The position numbers and the translations under genes were made by a program. Below, piece after piece: positions 63,346 to 64,000 of a stretch of DNA of 64,000 bases; the first letter of the stretch is position 1; each line of letters opens with the position of its first letter. This DNA comes from Octopus sinensis. Its lineage: Eukaryota. Location: assembly GCF_006345805.1 (NCBI RefSeq), contig NC_043002.1, forward strand, positions 79,980,001 through 80,044,000. The letters are read 5' to 3'. A model generated the notes under the pieces. The model saw only the letters and a program-made list of their open reading frames with translations. It made no database searches and was not told the origin of the DNA.

Positions 63346-63949
63346 TGAATGTTTTTGTCAATATTAATTAACGTTATTGAGTAATGATTAACGATGTAGT
63401 TAATGGTCAAGAAAGGGGAACTGGTATAGTTATTAGAATGTTGCGCAGAATACCATGCAGGAATTAGCTTTGGCTTTCAACCTTTCAGTATCAATAAAAA
63501 AACAATTATAAAAATCTAAGGCGGTGAATTAACAGAATTGTAGAGGATCCGGGCAAGAAACATTGCGATTTCACTTTCATCACTTTTGCATCATGGCAGC
63601 AACTCCTGCGACGATCTGGTGCCAAGCTGTATCGGTTTAAGTCGGCGGCCTTTTCTTTATATAAACATCGGAGTCATGAAGGGTCGAGAATTGCACGTAG
63701 GAACAACAGCCAATTTTGCTGAAAATATTTTGCTGAGGCTTCACATTCAAATATAAAGATATGTTCAACAGTGAGCAACAAAGTTCCTTTGGTATTAAAT
63801 GGAGATTTTCGGTTAATGTTTATAATTCGTAAGACATAATGTACATTGCTTATAGATTATGAAAATGGCTTCAAATAGTTGTTATCGATGTCCCTTCTTA
63901 AACCCAGGTCAACCTTGGGCTTCCAGTAGAAAGAATTATATCTGATAGG

Positions 63950-64000
63950 GAAGGTTGCGAGATGGCAGAATCGTTAGCACGCTGGACGGCATGTTTAGCG
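63950..64000 (+). mobile_element. SINE family A head, cut by the window end
   Basis: aaggttgcgagatggcagaatcgttagcacgctggacggcatgtttagcg. Confidence 0.65.

Overview
AT-rich, microsatellite-saturated animal genomic DNA. The SINE repertoire and repeat landscape look like an Octopus (coleoid cephalopod) intron or intergenic region; this is an inference from recalled repeat families, not a database hit. No complete host gene is demonstrable, and most ORFs in the supplied track are artefacts of (TA)n, (CA)n and (AAT)n repeats. The window is a transposon graveyard. It holds at least five tRNA-derived SINE families, a 5'-truncated Neptune-type Penelope-like element (RT plus GIY-YIG), RTE, R4/Dong-like and CR1/L2-like LINE remnants, and a MITE. 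It also holds four Tc1/mariner transposases with different catalytic spacings (DD34E, DD35E, DD36E, DD34D). The main discovery candidate is a set of independent hammerhead-ribozyme (HHR) retroelements. The clearest is a non-coding 352-bp unit plus a 50-bp terminal repeat at 45791-46192, inserted in (TA)n and carrying a canonical type I hammerhead on the minus strand. This is the architecture expected of a non-LTR retrozyme (circRNA-based retroposon). A tRNA-headed SINE with a minimal HHR in its 3' part occurs as a head-to-head inverted dimer at 1366-1895. A variant-core HHR (CUGUUGA) lies at the 3' end of the Penelope-like element, and several decayed HHR motifs occur elsewhere.
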